DNA of 64,000 nucleotides from Planctomycetota bacterium. GTDB taxonomy: Bacteria > Planctomycetota > UBA1135 > UBA2386. Below, piece by piece: positions 42,442 through 51,726 of the stretch (position 1 is its first letter; every line of letters starts with the position of its first letter). Under the pieces are notes generated by a model, which worked only from the letters and a program-made list of their open reading frames with translations, did not search any database and was not told the DNA's origin. The stretch is taken from assembly GCA_965223545.1 (NCBI GenBank), contig OZ245006.1, positions 4,512,001 through 4,576,000 on the forward strand. The letters are read 5' to 3'. The position numbers and the translations under genes were made by a program.

Positions 42442-43395
42442 TCAGTCGAACGGAAACGGTCGGACGGCGTCGAGTCGGTCGGCGCCGCCGGCCGCCATCA
42501 GCAGGCGATCGAAGCCCAGGGCGACGCCGGCGCATGGCGGCACGCCGCGGGCGAGCGCACTGAGGAGTGCCTCGTCGGCCGGCAGCTGCGGGCGGCCGGC
42601 GGCCTGCCGCGCGCGGTTGGCGGCGGTGAAGCGCTCGCGCTGCTCGGGCGCGTCCAAGAGCTCGTGATAGCCGTTGGCGAGCTCGATGCCGTCGAGGTAG
42701 AGCTCGAACCGCTCGGCGGCGCGATGGCCGTCGCGGTCGGTGTGGATGCGGGCGAGCGCGGCTTGCGACGCGGGGTAGTCGGTGACGAACTGCGGGGTGC
42801 CGGTGCCGAGCGTCGGCTCGATCACGGTGACCAGCAAGAGATCCAGGGCGTCGTCGAGCGAGCCTTGCTCGAACCCGTCGGGGAGCGCGACCCCGTTCCG
42901 GCGGCACGCTGCGCCGACGTCTCCGACGCTGGTCGCGAACGGGTCGACGCCCGCGCGCTCGCGGAAGAGGCTGCGGTAGGAGTCACGGGCGAACGGGGTC
43001 GGCGGCAGCGACGGAAGCAAAGCGCGCACCAAGGCCTCGACTTCGTCCATTAGCGCGTGGTGGTCGAAGCCTGTGCGGTACCACTCGAGCAAGGTGAACT
43101 CCGGCTCGTGGCGCGGGCCGAGCTCGCCGTCGCGGAACGCGTGCGCCAGCTGGTAGATCGGCCCCGACCCGGCCGCCAGCAGGCGCTTCATCGGCGCCTC
43201 GGGCGAGGTCAGCAGAAAGCGCTCGCGCGCGCCGCCGGGCACCTGCACCTGGCACGGGATCGGATCGATCGTCGCTTCCACCACCACGCCGCTGCCCAGC
43301 AGCGGCGTATCCACCTCGAGCACCCCGCGCTCGGCGAAGAACGCCCGCACCTTGGCGAACCACTCCGCCCGGCGGCGCAGGAGAGCGACGTCCAC
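42442..43395 (-). CDS. epmA: EF-P lysine aminoacylase
   Basis: EVDTP, LLTSPE..MKRLLA, FRDGE.G.RHEPEFT.LEWY, ELANGY.EL, GVALGFDRL; adjacent to efp. Confidence 0.93.
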   Translation of the reverse strand: MDVALLRRRAEWFAKVRAFFAERGVLEVDTPLLGSGVVVEATIDPIPCQVQVPGGARERFLLTSPEAPMKRLLAAGSGPIYQLAHAFRDGELGPRHEPEFTLLEWYRTGFDHHALMDEVEALVRALLPSLPPTPFARDSYRSLFRERAGVDPFATSVGDVGAACRRNGVALPDGFEQGSLDDALDLLLVTVIEPTLGTGTPQFVTDYPASQAALARIHTDRDGHRAAERFELYLDGIELANGYHELLDAPEQRERFTAANRARQAAGRPQLPADEALLSALARGVPPCAGVALGFDRLLMAAGGADRLDAVRPFPFD

Positions 43396-43403
43396 CGCCG
43401 CGG

Positions 43404-43976
43404 TTACGACTTGGTGACGCGCTCGACGTACTCGCCGGTGCGCGTGTCGATCTTGATGATGTCGCCGAGGTTGATGAAGGTCGGCACAGCGACCTCGGCG
43501 CCGCCCTCGACGGTGGCGGGCTTTTGCACGTTGCCGCTCGAGTTGCCCTTCTCGCCGGGTTCGGTGTAGGTCACCTCGAGCTCGACGTGGGCGGGCGGCG
43601 TCACCGAGATCGCGCGCCCCTCCCAAAACGTCACGTCGCAGGTCATCTCCTCCTTGAGCCACTTGGTGGTGTCGGCCAGGGCCTCGGCCGAGATCTCGTA
43701 TTGCTCGTAGGAGTCGGTGTCCATGAAGTGGTAGGCCGCGGCGTCCTTGTAGAGGTACTGGAGCGAGCGCTCGGTCACCTCGGTGGACTCGACGGTGTCG
43801 CCGCTGCGGTAGTTGCGGTCGAGGATGCGCCCGGTCAGCAAGTTGCGCAGCTTGGTGCGGTACACCGCTTGGCCTTTGCCGGGCTTCATGAACTCCATCT
43901 CGACCATCAAGTAGGGATCGCCCTCGATCAGGACCTTGATCCCGCGCTTGAAGTCACTCGTGCTGTACGTGCCCAT
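43404..43976 (-). CDS. efp: Elongation factor P
   Basis: KPGKGQA loop, KPAT.E.G, VP.FI..GD.IKIDTRTGEYVER. Confidence 0.97.
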   Translation of the reverse strand: MGTYSTSDFKRGIKVLIEGDPYLMVEMEFMKPGKGQAVYRTKLRNLLTGRILDRNYRSGDTVESTEVTERSLQYLYKDAAAYHFMDTDSYEQYEISAEALADTTKWLKEEMTCDVTFWEGRAISVTPPAHVELEVTYTEPGEKGNSSGNVQKPATVEGGAEVAVPTFINLGDIIKIDTRTGEYVERVTKS

Positions 43977-44110
43977 CAGTTGTTCCGTATCGGTCTCGCC
44001 GTGATTCTTCGCCGCGCGCGGGCGGAGTCCGAGAGAATTCTGGCCGGGTTTTGCCGCGTGCCGAGTGTGCGCTGGTTGGTAATCCGCCGGGTTGGCGGCA
44101 TCGTAACGGC

Positions 44111-45355
44111 ATGCGTTACCCCTCGATTCGGCGCAGGTCCCGAGTGTCCCGACGCCCCGTCCATCGCCGCGCGGGGGCCGTCATCCTCGGCTTCGGCGGC
44201 TTGCTCGTGGCCTGTTCCGCGCCTGGCACGGTCGAGACGCGGCATGGCTTCGAGGGGCTCGAGACCCTGCTGCGCGCGAACCGGTTCGAGCCGGTCTCGC
44301 CGCCCGAGGAGCGCTTGCTGCCGGGCACCGTCCTCGAGGCGGTGGCGCCGGGACGGCGGGCGGTCGTGGTGGCGTCGGTGTCCGACGTGTTTCCCGCGCT
44401 CGAGTTCCCCGACGGCCCGCCCGTGGACACGCCCAGCCAGGCGGCGTTCCTCAACAGCTGGAGCCACGTCGGGACCACCAGCGGCGACCTGTCGCTCAGC
44501 GCGCTGCTCGGCTCGGCGCGGCCGGGCGAGCTGGAGGCCACCCTTGCGGGCGAGGGCGTACACACGTACCGGCTGAGCTTCGGCGACGCGTCGATCGAGC
44601 GGCTGACTGCCGCGGCACTCGAGCGCCACCGCGAGCGGATTCCCGATGGCGCCCGCCGTAGGATCGACGCGGGGCTACCGGTGATCTTGGAGGCGCTCGT
44701 CGTCGAGTCCATCGTGTTGGACTTCTCGGATGCCGGCAAACAGTCGGTCAGCATCGGTGCCGATCTGCTGAACCGCGTCGGCCTGTCCATCGGCGGCGAG
44801 TGGCAGGAGCACGTGTCCGGTGGAATGGCCCGCGTCGGCCGCTTCGTGATCGGCGTGCAGACCCGCACGTTCGAGCTGCAGCACACCCGGTCTCCCGATG
44901 GCGCCGCGCATGCCACGCTTCGATTGCCGGTACCGCTGAAGCAACGCAGCGCCGACGAGCTCGTCGTCGAGAACCGCGATCTCGAGCCCAACGATTCGGC
45001 CGCGACCGCGACGGTGGTCGCGCCGACCGCGTCGATCGACGGCAAGGTCGGGTTCGGCGGTGACACCGAGGATTGGTTCGTGTTCCGCGCGCCGCGCGAT
45101 GGCGAGTGGAGCGTGTCGATCCGCAACGATGCGGCGCGGGGCACCAAGAACGCCAACCTCGGCAAGGTCGTCGTGTTCGGCGCCGACGGCCAGAATCAGC
45201 TCGTCGCGCGGCGCGGACCGTTCGCCCCCGGCCAGTCGACCAAGCGGCCGACCGTGCTGTCGGTGCACGGTGGCGAGTGGTACTTCGTCCGCGTCATCCC
45301 GGCGCCGCAGCGCGGGCATGCCGCGCCGTACCGCTTGACCCTGGCGATGCAATGA
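44111..45355 (+). CDS. Lipoprotein with a putative gasdermin-like domain and a C-terminal PPC domain
   Basis: Basic N-region, hydrophobic stretch and lipobox LVAC (Cys at 44213); EPNDS...A...G......D.DWF.F is the PPC pattern; the gasdermin resemblance is by eye only. Confidence 0.55.
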   Translation: MRYPSIRRRSRVSRRPVHRRAGAVILGFGGLLVACSAPGTVETRHGFEGLETLLRANRFEPVSPPEERLLPGTVLEAVAPGRRAVVVASVSDVFPALEFPDGPPVDTPSQAAFLNSWSHVGTTSGDLSLSALLGSARPGELEATLAGEGVHTYRLSFGDASIERLTAAALERHRERIPDGARRRIDAGLPVILEALVVESIVLDFSDAGKQSVSIGADLLNRVGLSIGGEWQEHVSGGMARVGRFVIGVQTRTFELQHTRSPDGAAHATLRLPVPLKQRSADELVVENRDLEPNDSAATATVVAPTASIDGKVGFGGDTEDWFVFRAPRDGEWSVSIRNDAARGTKNANLGKVVVFGADGQNQLVARRGPFAPGQSTKRPTVLSVHGGEWYFVRVIPAPQRGHAAPYRLTLAMQ

Positions 45356-46338
45356 GCGCGGCGTGGCGGGCGCAGCTGCGCACCGCCGTGCGCGACGCGG
45401 ACGAGCTGATCGACCTTCTCGGGCTGCCCGATCGGCTGCGTCCTGCCGCGCGGCGCGCGGCGCGCGCGTTTCCGCTGATCGTGCCGCACGCGTTCATTGC
45501 CCGAATGCGCAAAGGCGATCCCGACGATCCACTGTTGCGGCAGGTGCTGCCGTTGGCCGCAGAGTGCGAGCCGCCGGGGCCGGGGTTCGTCCCCGATCCG
45601 GTCGGCGATCAGGCGGCGCGGACCACGCCTGGATTGTTGCGCAAGTATCGAGGCCGGGCGCTGTTGATGACGGCGCGAGTCTGCGCGGTCGGCTGCCGCT
45701 ACTGCTTTCGCCAGCACTACCCCTACGACGAGGAGCCGAGCGGCTTCGAGCAGCTGCGGCCCGCGATCGACGCGATCGCGTCGGCGACCGATCTGGAAGA
45801 GGTGATCCTCAGCGGTGGCGACCCGCTGGTGCGCAGCGATGAGTGGCTTTCGCAGCTGGTCGCGCAGCTCGACGCCATCCCCCATCTCCGCCGCCTGCGG
45901 CTGCACACCCGGCTGCCCATCGTGATTCCCGACCGCGTCGAGGACTCGCTGTTGCAGTGGTTGAAGACAACCCGCCTCGCGCCCGTCGTCGTCGTGCACG
46001 CAAACCACCCCGCCGAGATCGACGACGCCTGCGGTGCCGCCTTGCTGCGGTTGGTGGGGGCGGGGATTCCGGTGCTCAATCAGGCGGTGCTGCTGCGCGG
46101 CGTCAATGACGATGCCGAGACGCTGACCGCGTTGTCGAAGCGGTTGCTCGACGCGCGCGTGCTGCCGTACTACCTGCACCAGCTGGACCCGGTGGCCGGC
46201 GCGGCGCATTTCGAGGTCGCGGTCGAGCGAGGGCGCGCGCTGATCGCCGCGCTGCGCGAGCGCTTGCCGGGCTACGGCGTGCCGCGCTACGTGCGCGAGG
46301 TCGCAGGCGCCGCGCACAAGGTCGACCTCGCACCCTGA
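45352..46338 (+). CDS. epmB: EF-P beta-lysylation lysine 2,3-aminomutase (KamA-type radical SAM)
   Basis: DPLLRQVLP, CAVGCRYCFR, ILSGGDPL, HTRLP, HANHP.E, NQAVLLRGVND, PYYLHQLD. Confidence 0.93.
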   Translation: MSAAWRAQLRTAVRDADELIDLLGLPDRLRPAARRAARAFPLIVPHAFIARMRKGDPDDPLLRQVLPLAAECEPPGPGFVPDPVGDQAARTTPGLLRKYRGRALLMTARVCAVGCRYCFRQHYPYDEEPSGFEQLRPAIDAIASATDLEEVILSGGDPLVRSDEWLSQLVAQLDAIPHLRRLRLHTRLPIVIPDRVEDSLLQWLKTTRLAPVVVVHANHPAEIDDACGAALLRLVGAGIPVLNQAVLLRGVNDDAETLTALSKRLLDARVLPYYLHQLDPVAGAAHFEVAVERGRALIAALRERLPGYGVPRYVREVAGAAHKVDLAP

Positions 46339-46365
46339 CCGGGCGCCGACTACGCTGATGCGCCA

Positions 46366-47133
46366 ATGACCCCCGCCTCGAACGCGCCGGGTGCGCGGTC
46401 CACGCCGGCGAGCGACCCGGCGATCGACGCGGTCGTGTTCGCCGGCGGGCTCGGCACGCGGCTGCGCGCCGCGGTCGCCGATCGGCCCAAGGTGCTGGCG
46501 GACGTGCGCGGTCGTCCGTTCCTGTCCTATCTCCTGGATCAGCTCGCCGCCGCCGGCATCGAGCGGGCGATCCTGTGCACCGGCTACATGGCGGAGCAAG
46601 TGGAGGCGGCGTTTGGCGCGGCGCATGGCGCGCTGCGTCTGGTCTACTCGCGCGAGGCGACGCCGATGGGCACCGGCGGCGCGCTGCGTTTGGCGCTGGA
46701 TCGGGTGCGGACCGATCCCGTCCTGGTCCTCAACGGGGACTCGTACTGCGGCGTCGACCTGCGTGCGCTGCTGGCCGCGCACCGCGCTTCGCGCGCCCGC
46801 GCCACGATGCTGCTGACGGAGGTCGAAGACGTCGCGCGCTACGGCGTCGTGCGGACCACTGCCGACGGTCGCGTCGAGAGCTTCGTCGAGAAGGGGGGCG
46901 CGCGCGGGCCGGGCTGGATCAACGCCGGCGTCTACGTCTTGCCGCGCGCGGAGATCGCCGCCTTGCCCGCGGATCGGCCGGTGTCGCTCGAGCGCGAGCT
47001 GCTGCCGCGGCTAGTGGACGCTGGCCTAGCCGGGCACCGCGCGCCGGGGCCGTTTCTCGACATCGGCACGCCGGAGTCGTACGCGGCGGCCGAGCGGTTC
47101 TTCGCGCGAGGGCGTCCCACCGACCCGGAGTGA
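46366..47133 (+). CDS. hddC: Heptose-1-phosphate guanylyltransferase-like nucleotidyltransferase
   Basis: AGGLGTRL, PK, GTGGAL, LNGDS, INAGVY, SLE, FLDIGTPE. Confidence 0.75.
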   Translation: MTPASNAPGARSTPASDPAIDAVVFAGGLGTRLRAAVADRPKVLADVRGRPFLSYLLDQLAAAGIERAILCTGYMAEQVEAAFGAAHGALRLVYSREATPMGTGGALRLALDRVRTDPVLVLNGDSYCGVDLRALLAAHRASRARATMLLTEVEDVARYGVVRTTADGRVESFVEKGGARGPGWINAGVYVLPRAEIAALPADRPVSLERELLPRLVDAGLAGHRAPGPFLDIGTPESYAAAERFFARGRPTDPE

Positions 47134-47377
47134 TGCCAGGGGTACCACAGGGCATGCCGGGTGCCGAACGGCCGGCGGTACCGCGTGACCCAGCGAAGGG
47201 CCCCCCGCGGTCCGACCGGACCCCAGGGATAACCCGCGGACGCGGCCCGAGCCGATTCCCCTTGGCCTCGCCCGTCTCGCGCGGGCGGAGGTGCTACCGT
47301 TCTCCATGGGGATCTCCGGGGCCGCTCCCCGCGCGATCCGCTCCCCGCCCCGACCTCAGTCTCGCCGAACCGAAGCC

Positions 47378-48469
47378 GTGATCATCAGCCGAACTCCTTT
47401 CCGTGTGTCGTTCTTCGGCGGCGGCACGGACTACCCCGAGTGGTACCGGGAGCACGGTGGCGCGGTGCTCGCCACGACGATCAACAAGTACTGCTACATC
47501 CAGTGTCGCCACCTGCCGCCGTTCTTTGAGCACACCATCCGGCTGGTGTACTCGCGCATCGAGAACTGCAGCTCGATCGATGAGATCCAGCACCCGTCGA
47601 TCCGCGAGACGGTGCGCTACCTCGGTCTGGATCGCGGTCTCGAGATCCACCACGACGCCGATCTGCCGGCGCGGTGTGGGATGGGCTCGAGCTCCTCGTT
47701 CACCGTCGGGTTGCTGCACGCCCTGTATGCGCTCAAGGGGCAGATGCCGAGCAAGCGGCAGCTGGCCCGCGAGGCGATCCACGTCGAGCAGAACATGGTC
47801 AAGGAGACCGTCGGCTCGCAGGACCAAGTGTCCGCGGCGCATGGCGGGCTCAACCAGGTGATCTTCAACAAGAACGGCGAGATCTCGGTGCATCCGGTGC
47901 TGGTCCCGCCGGAGCGCGTGCGCGAACTCAACGAGCACCTGATCCTGTTCTACACCGGCATCAAGCGCACCGCGTCCGACGTCGCCAAGACCTACGTCGA
48001 AGACCTCGACAAGAAGAAGTCCCAGCTGCGCGTGATGCGCAACCTCGTCGATGAAGGGCTTTCGACCTTGACCAGCGGCCGTGACCTCAACGCCTTCGGT
48101 GAGCTGCTGCACGAGGCGTGGCAGATGAAGCGCAGCCTCAGCGCCAAGACCACCAACGCCGAGGTCGACGACGTCTACGCGCGCGCGCGCGCGGCCGGCG
48201 CGGTCGGCGGCAAGCTGACCGGCGCGGGCGGCGGCGGGTTCATGCTGATGTTCGCCCCTCCAGACCGGCGCAAGGCCGTCAAGGAGGCGCTGCGCGATCT
48301 GATCTACGTGCCGTTCCAGATGGAATCGTCCGGCACCCAGATCATCTTCTACGACCCAGAAGAGGACTACTCGGAGTACGAGGCCCGCCGCGCGCTGGAG
48401 CCCAAGCGGGTGTTCCGCGAGCTCAGCGAGGTGGAGCGAGGCGAGCGCGCGGCAGGCGGTGGCGCTTAG
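47378..48469 (+). CDS. hddA: D-glycero-D-manno-heptose 7-phosphate kinase (GHMP family)
   Basis: SRTPFRVSFFGGGTD, GMGSSS, GSQDQ, GGKLTGAGGGGF. Confidence 0.85.
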   Translation: MIISRTPFRVSFFGGGTDYPEWYREHGGAVLATTINKYCYIQCRHLPPFFEHTIRLVYSRIENCSSIDEIQHPSIRETVRYLGLDRGLEIHHDADLPARCGMGSSSSFTVGLLHALYALKGQMPSKRQLAREAIHVEQNMVKETVGSQDQVSAAHGGLNQVIFNKNGEISVHPVLVPPERVRELNEHLILFYTGIKRTASDVAKTYVEDLDKKKSQLRVMRNLVDEGLSTLTSGRDLNAFGELLHEAWQMKRSLSAKTTNAEVDDVYARARAAGAVGGKLTGAGGGGFMLMFAPPDRRKAVKEALRDLIYVPFQMESSGTQIIFYDPEEDYSEYEARRALEPKRVFRELSEVERGERAAGGGA

Positions 48470-48542
48470 CGGCGAGGCTCGGCTTCACCGTCCGGCGCGC
48501 TCTTGACGGCCCCGGGCATCCCCCTGAGAGTCTGGCGCGAAC

Positions 48543-49565
48543 ATGAGCTATTGGAACGACAAGCGTGTGCTCGTCACCGGCGGTGGCGGCTTCTTGGGTA
48601 GCCACGTGGTGGAGAAGCTGCGTGACGCCGGCTGCGAGCGGATGTTCGTCGTCCGCAGCGGTGACTACGACCTGCGCAGCGAGGCCGCGGTGGAGAAGCT
48701 GTTTGCCGATCTGCGCGGCGGCGCTGGTGGCTGGACGCCGGGCGCCGACGAGGCGCCGGTGGACATCGTCCTGCACCTGGCGGGGCTGGTCGGCGGCATC
48801 GGCTCCAACAAGGAACGGCCGGCCGACTTCTTCTACGACAACATCATGATGGGCGTGCTGACCCTCCACCACGCGTGGAAGAACGGCGCGCAGAAGCTGG
48901 TCGCGGCCGGTGCCGGCTGTGGCTACCCCGAGCACGCGCCGCTGCCCTTGGCGGAGAGCTCGTTCTGGAACGGGTTCCCGCAGTACGAGAGCGCGCCCTA
49001 CTCGCTGGCCAAGCGCATGCTGCACGTGCAGTCGATGGCCTACTGGCGGCAGCACCGCTTCCCGGTGATCGTCACCATTCCCGGCAACATCTACGGCCCC
49101 TACGACCAGTTCGACCTGGAGCACAGCCACGTGGTGCCGGGGCTGGTGCGCAAGTTCGTCGAGGCGACCGCTGCCGACGCGACGCCCGAGCAGAGGCGCG
49201 TCGTCGTCTGGGGCAGCGGCAAGCCGACGCGCGACTTCGTCTACGCCGGCGACGTCGCCGAGGGCATCCTCGCCGCCGGCGAGCACTACGACGAGCCGTC
49301 GCTGCTCAACCTGTCGTCCGGCAGCGAGCACAGCATCCGCGAAGTCGTCGACGCCCTGGTCGATATCACCGGCTTCCAGGGCGAGGTCGAGTGGGACAGC
49401 GACCGGCCCGACGGGCAGGCGCGGCGCATGTTCGACGTCAGCAAGGCCAAGAGCGAGATGGGGTTCTCCTGCAAGACCAGCCTGCGCGACGGCCTGCGGC
49501 GCACGGTCGACTGGTACCGCGAGAACCGCGAGAGCGCGCGCAACGTGCTGAGCTTCCGGTCATGA
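48543..49565 (+). CDS. GDP-L-fucose synthase-like epimerase/reductase
   Basis: TGGGGFLG, HLAG.VGGI..N..RPADF, YSLAK, NIYGP.D.F...SHVVP, WGSGKPTRDF, PDGQ.RR. Confidence 0.85.
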   Translation: MSYWNDKRVLVTGGGGFLGSHVVEKLRDAGCERMFVVRSGDYDLRSEAAVEKLFADLRGGAGGWTPGADEAPVDIVLHLAGLVGGIGSNKERPADFFYDNIMMGVLTLHHAWKNGAQKLVAAGAGCGYPEHAPLPLAESSFWNGFPQYESAPYSLAKRMLHVQSMAYWRQHRFPVIVTIPGNIYGPYDQFDLEHSHVVPGLVRKFVEATAADATPEQRRVVVWGSGKPTRDFVYAGDVAEGILAAGEHYDEPSLLNLSSGSEHSIREVVDALVDITGFQGEVEWDSDRPDGQARRMFDVSKAKSEMGFSCKTSLRDGLRRTVDWYRENRESARNVLSFRS

Positions 49566-50398
49566 GTGGCCGCGTCGTGATCGTCACCGGTGGGGGCACC
49601 GGCATCGGCAAGGAGATCGCCCGCGCGTTTGTCGCCGCCGGCGACCGCGTCGTGCTGTGCGGCCGCAACGAAGCGCCGCTCGAAGCAGCCGTCAGCGAAA
49701 TCGGCGGCAATTGCCAGGCTCGGGTCTGCGACGTCGCCGACCGTGTCTCGGTGCGCGCGCTGGTCGACGGCGTCGTTACGGCGGAGGGCCGCATCGACGT
49801 GCTGGTCAACAACGCCGGCATCTACGGCCCGATCGGATTGTTGCACGACAACGACGTCGACCACTGGATCGACACCGTGCAGATCAACCTGATCGGCGTG
49901 TTCCTCACCACGCACGCCGTCGCGCCGATCATGGTCCGGCAGGGCGGTGGCTCGATCATCAACCTGTCCGGCGGCGGCGCGACCGCGCCCAAGGCGCGCT
50001 ACTCGGCCTACGCGGCCTCCAAGGCCGGCGTCGTGCGGCTGACCGAGAACGTCGCCGCCGAGCTCGACGAGCACGGCGTGCGCTGTAATGCCATCGCGCC
50101 CGGCTTCATCGTCACGCGCTTCCACCAGGAGACCTTGGCGGCGGGGCCCGACAAGGACCCGGGCGCCGATGCGATCCGGCAGAAGATCGAGAAGGGCGGC
50201 GACGATCCGCAGAAGGCCGCCGAGCTTGCCGTCTTCTTGGCAAGCGAGGCGTCCAGTGGCATCAACGGCCGCCTGATCAGCGCGATTTGGGACGACTGGC
50301 GCAGTCCCGAGCTGCAGGAGAAGTTGCGCGCGTCGAAGGACTTCGGTGCGCTGCGCCGGATCGATGGGTTCATGTTCACGGAAGTGGAGCGGAAATGA
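49562..50398 (+). CDS. Short-chain dehydrogenase/reductase
   Basis: TGGGTGIG, NNAG, YAASK, NAIAPG. Confidence 0.88.
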   Translation: MSGRVVIVTGGGTGIGKEIARAFVAAGDRVVLCGRNEAPLEAAVSEIGGNCQARVCDVADRVSVRALVDGVVTAEGRIDVLVNNAGIYGPIGLLHDNDVDHWIDTVQINLIGVFLTTHAVAPIMVRQGGGSIINLSGGGATAPKARYSAYAASKAGVVRLTENVAAELDEHGVRCNAIAPGFIVTRFHQETLAAGPDKDPGADAIRQKIEKGGDDPQKAAELAVFLASEASSGINGRLISAIWDDWRSPELQEKLRASKDFGALRRIDGFMFTEVERK

Positions 50399-51726
50399 CG
50401 CGACTCGCGGTCGTGGGGTCTTGGCACCTCGCCTCGGTCATGGCGGCGTGCCTCGCCGAGAAGGGGCACACCGTGCGGGTCGTGCACGACGACGCCGACG
50501 CGATCGAGTCGCTCGGCCGCGGTGTACCGACGGTGTACGAGCCGGAGCTCGAGGACTCGATCAAGAAGAGCCTGAAGCGCAAGCGCATCTCGTTCACCAC
50601 CGACTTCGACAAGGCGCTGCGCGGCACGCGCATCGTGTTCTTGTCGCTGGACACACCGATCACTCCCCAGGGCACGATCGACTTGTCGCCGATCCGCAAG
50701 GCGGTGCGCCAGGTCGCGCGCGCGGCGTCGCGGTCGATGATCCTCGTGGTCTCGAGCCAGGTGCCGATCGGCACCTGCGAGAAGCTGCAGCAGATCGCGC
50801 GCAAGGAGAGCGCGCACGCCGTCGACGTGGTCTGCAATCCGGAGTTCTTGCGCCTCGGTGGCGCGATGCCGCTGCAGCGGCAGCCCGATCGCGTGATCCT
50901 CGGCGCCGACGACGCCAAGGTCGCGGCCGCGGTGGAGAAGGTCTACGAGCCTTTTGGCGTGCCGACCGTGCTGATGTCGCTGCGCGAGGCCGAGATCGTC
51001 AAGCACGCGACCAACGCCTACGTCGCCAATCAAGTCAGCTTCATCGGCGAGATCGCCCAAGTGTGCGACGAGTACGGGGCCGACGCCATGCCGGTGTCCA
51101 AGGCGCTGAAGCTCGACAAGCGCTGTGGCCGCTACGCCTACGTGCGGCCGGGCCTCGGCTTCAACGGCGGCACCGTGCGCCGCGACGTGCTGCTGCTGTC
51201 CAAGCTGGCGCGCGACAAGAAGCGCAGCGCGCCCCTGATGGACGCGATCATCGAAGTCAACGAGCGCACCAACGCCACCGTCGTGACCCGCCTGGTCGAG
51301 ATGCTGAAGCGGCCGAAGGGCAAGCAGATCGGCCTGCTCGGGCTGACCTACAAGGCGCACACCAGCACGCTGCGGCACTCGCTGACGCTGCAGATCGCCG
51401 GTTGGATGATGGAGCACGGGCTGCGGCTGCGCGCCTACGACCCGATCATCCCGCCGCAGCGCAGCGGAGTGCGCTCCAAGGTGCACGAGTGGGACGTGCC
51501 CGACGAGATCGCGCTGTGCGCCAGCATCGAAGAGTGCGCCGCGGGAGCCGACGCCCTCGTGGTGATGACCGACAAGGACGACTTCAAGGACTTGCCGCTC
51601 GACGCGCTCGGTGCCTCGATGCGCAAGCGCATCCTGGTCGACGCGGTCGGCTTCTACGACGCCGCCACCGCCAAGGCCGCGGGCTTCCGCTACATCACGA
51701 TCGGCCGGGGGTTCCGATGGCAGTGA
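50395..51726 (+). CDS. UDP-glucose/GDP-mannose dehydrogenase family protein with an atypical active site
   Basis: YEPEL, NPEFLR, AEIVK.A.N, LGLTYK..T..LR.S, YDP. Confidence 0.85.
   Translation: MTRLAVVGSWHLASVMAACLAEKGHTVRVVHDDADAIESLGRGVPTVYEPELEDSIKKSLKRKRISFTTDFDKALRGTRIVFLSLDTPITPQGTIDLSPIRKAVRQVARAASRSMILVVSSQVPIGTCEKLQQIARKESAHAVDVVCNPEFLRLGGAMPLQRQPDRVILGADDAKVAAAVEKVYEPFGVPTVLMSLREAEIVKHATNAYVANQVSFIGEIAQVCDEYGADAMPVSKALKLDKRCGRYAYVRPGLGFNGGTVRRDVLLLSKLARDKKRSAPLMDAIIEVNERTNATVVTRLVEMLKRPKGKQIGLLGLTYKAHTSTLRHSLTLQIAGWMMEHGLRLRAYDPIIPPQRSGVRSKVHEWDVPDEIALCASIEECAAGADALVVMTDKDDFKDLPLDALGASMRKRILVDAVGFYDAATAKAAGFRYITIGRGFRWQ

Noticed and set aside
47134..47377. Intergenic region upstream of hddA as an RNA element related to 54289-54544
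   Set aside because: Only short shared words (GGCATGCC, GGATAACCC, CCCCTTGGCC), not in consistent order; not enough support
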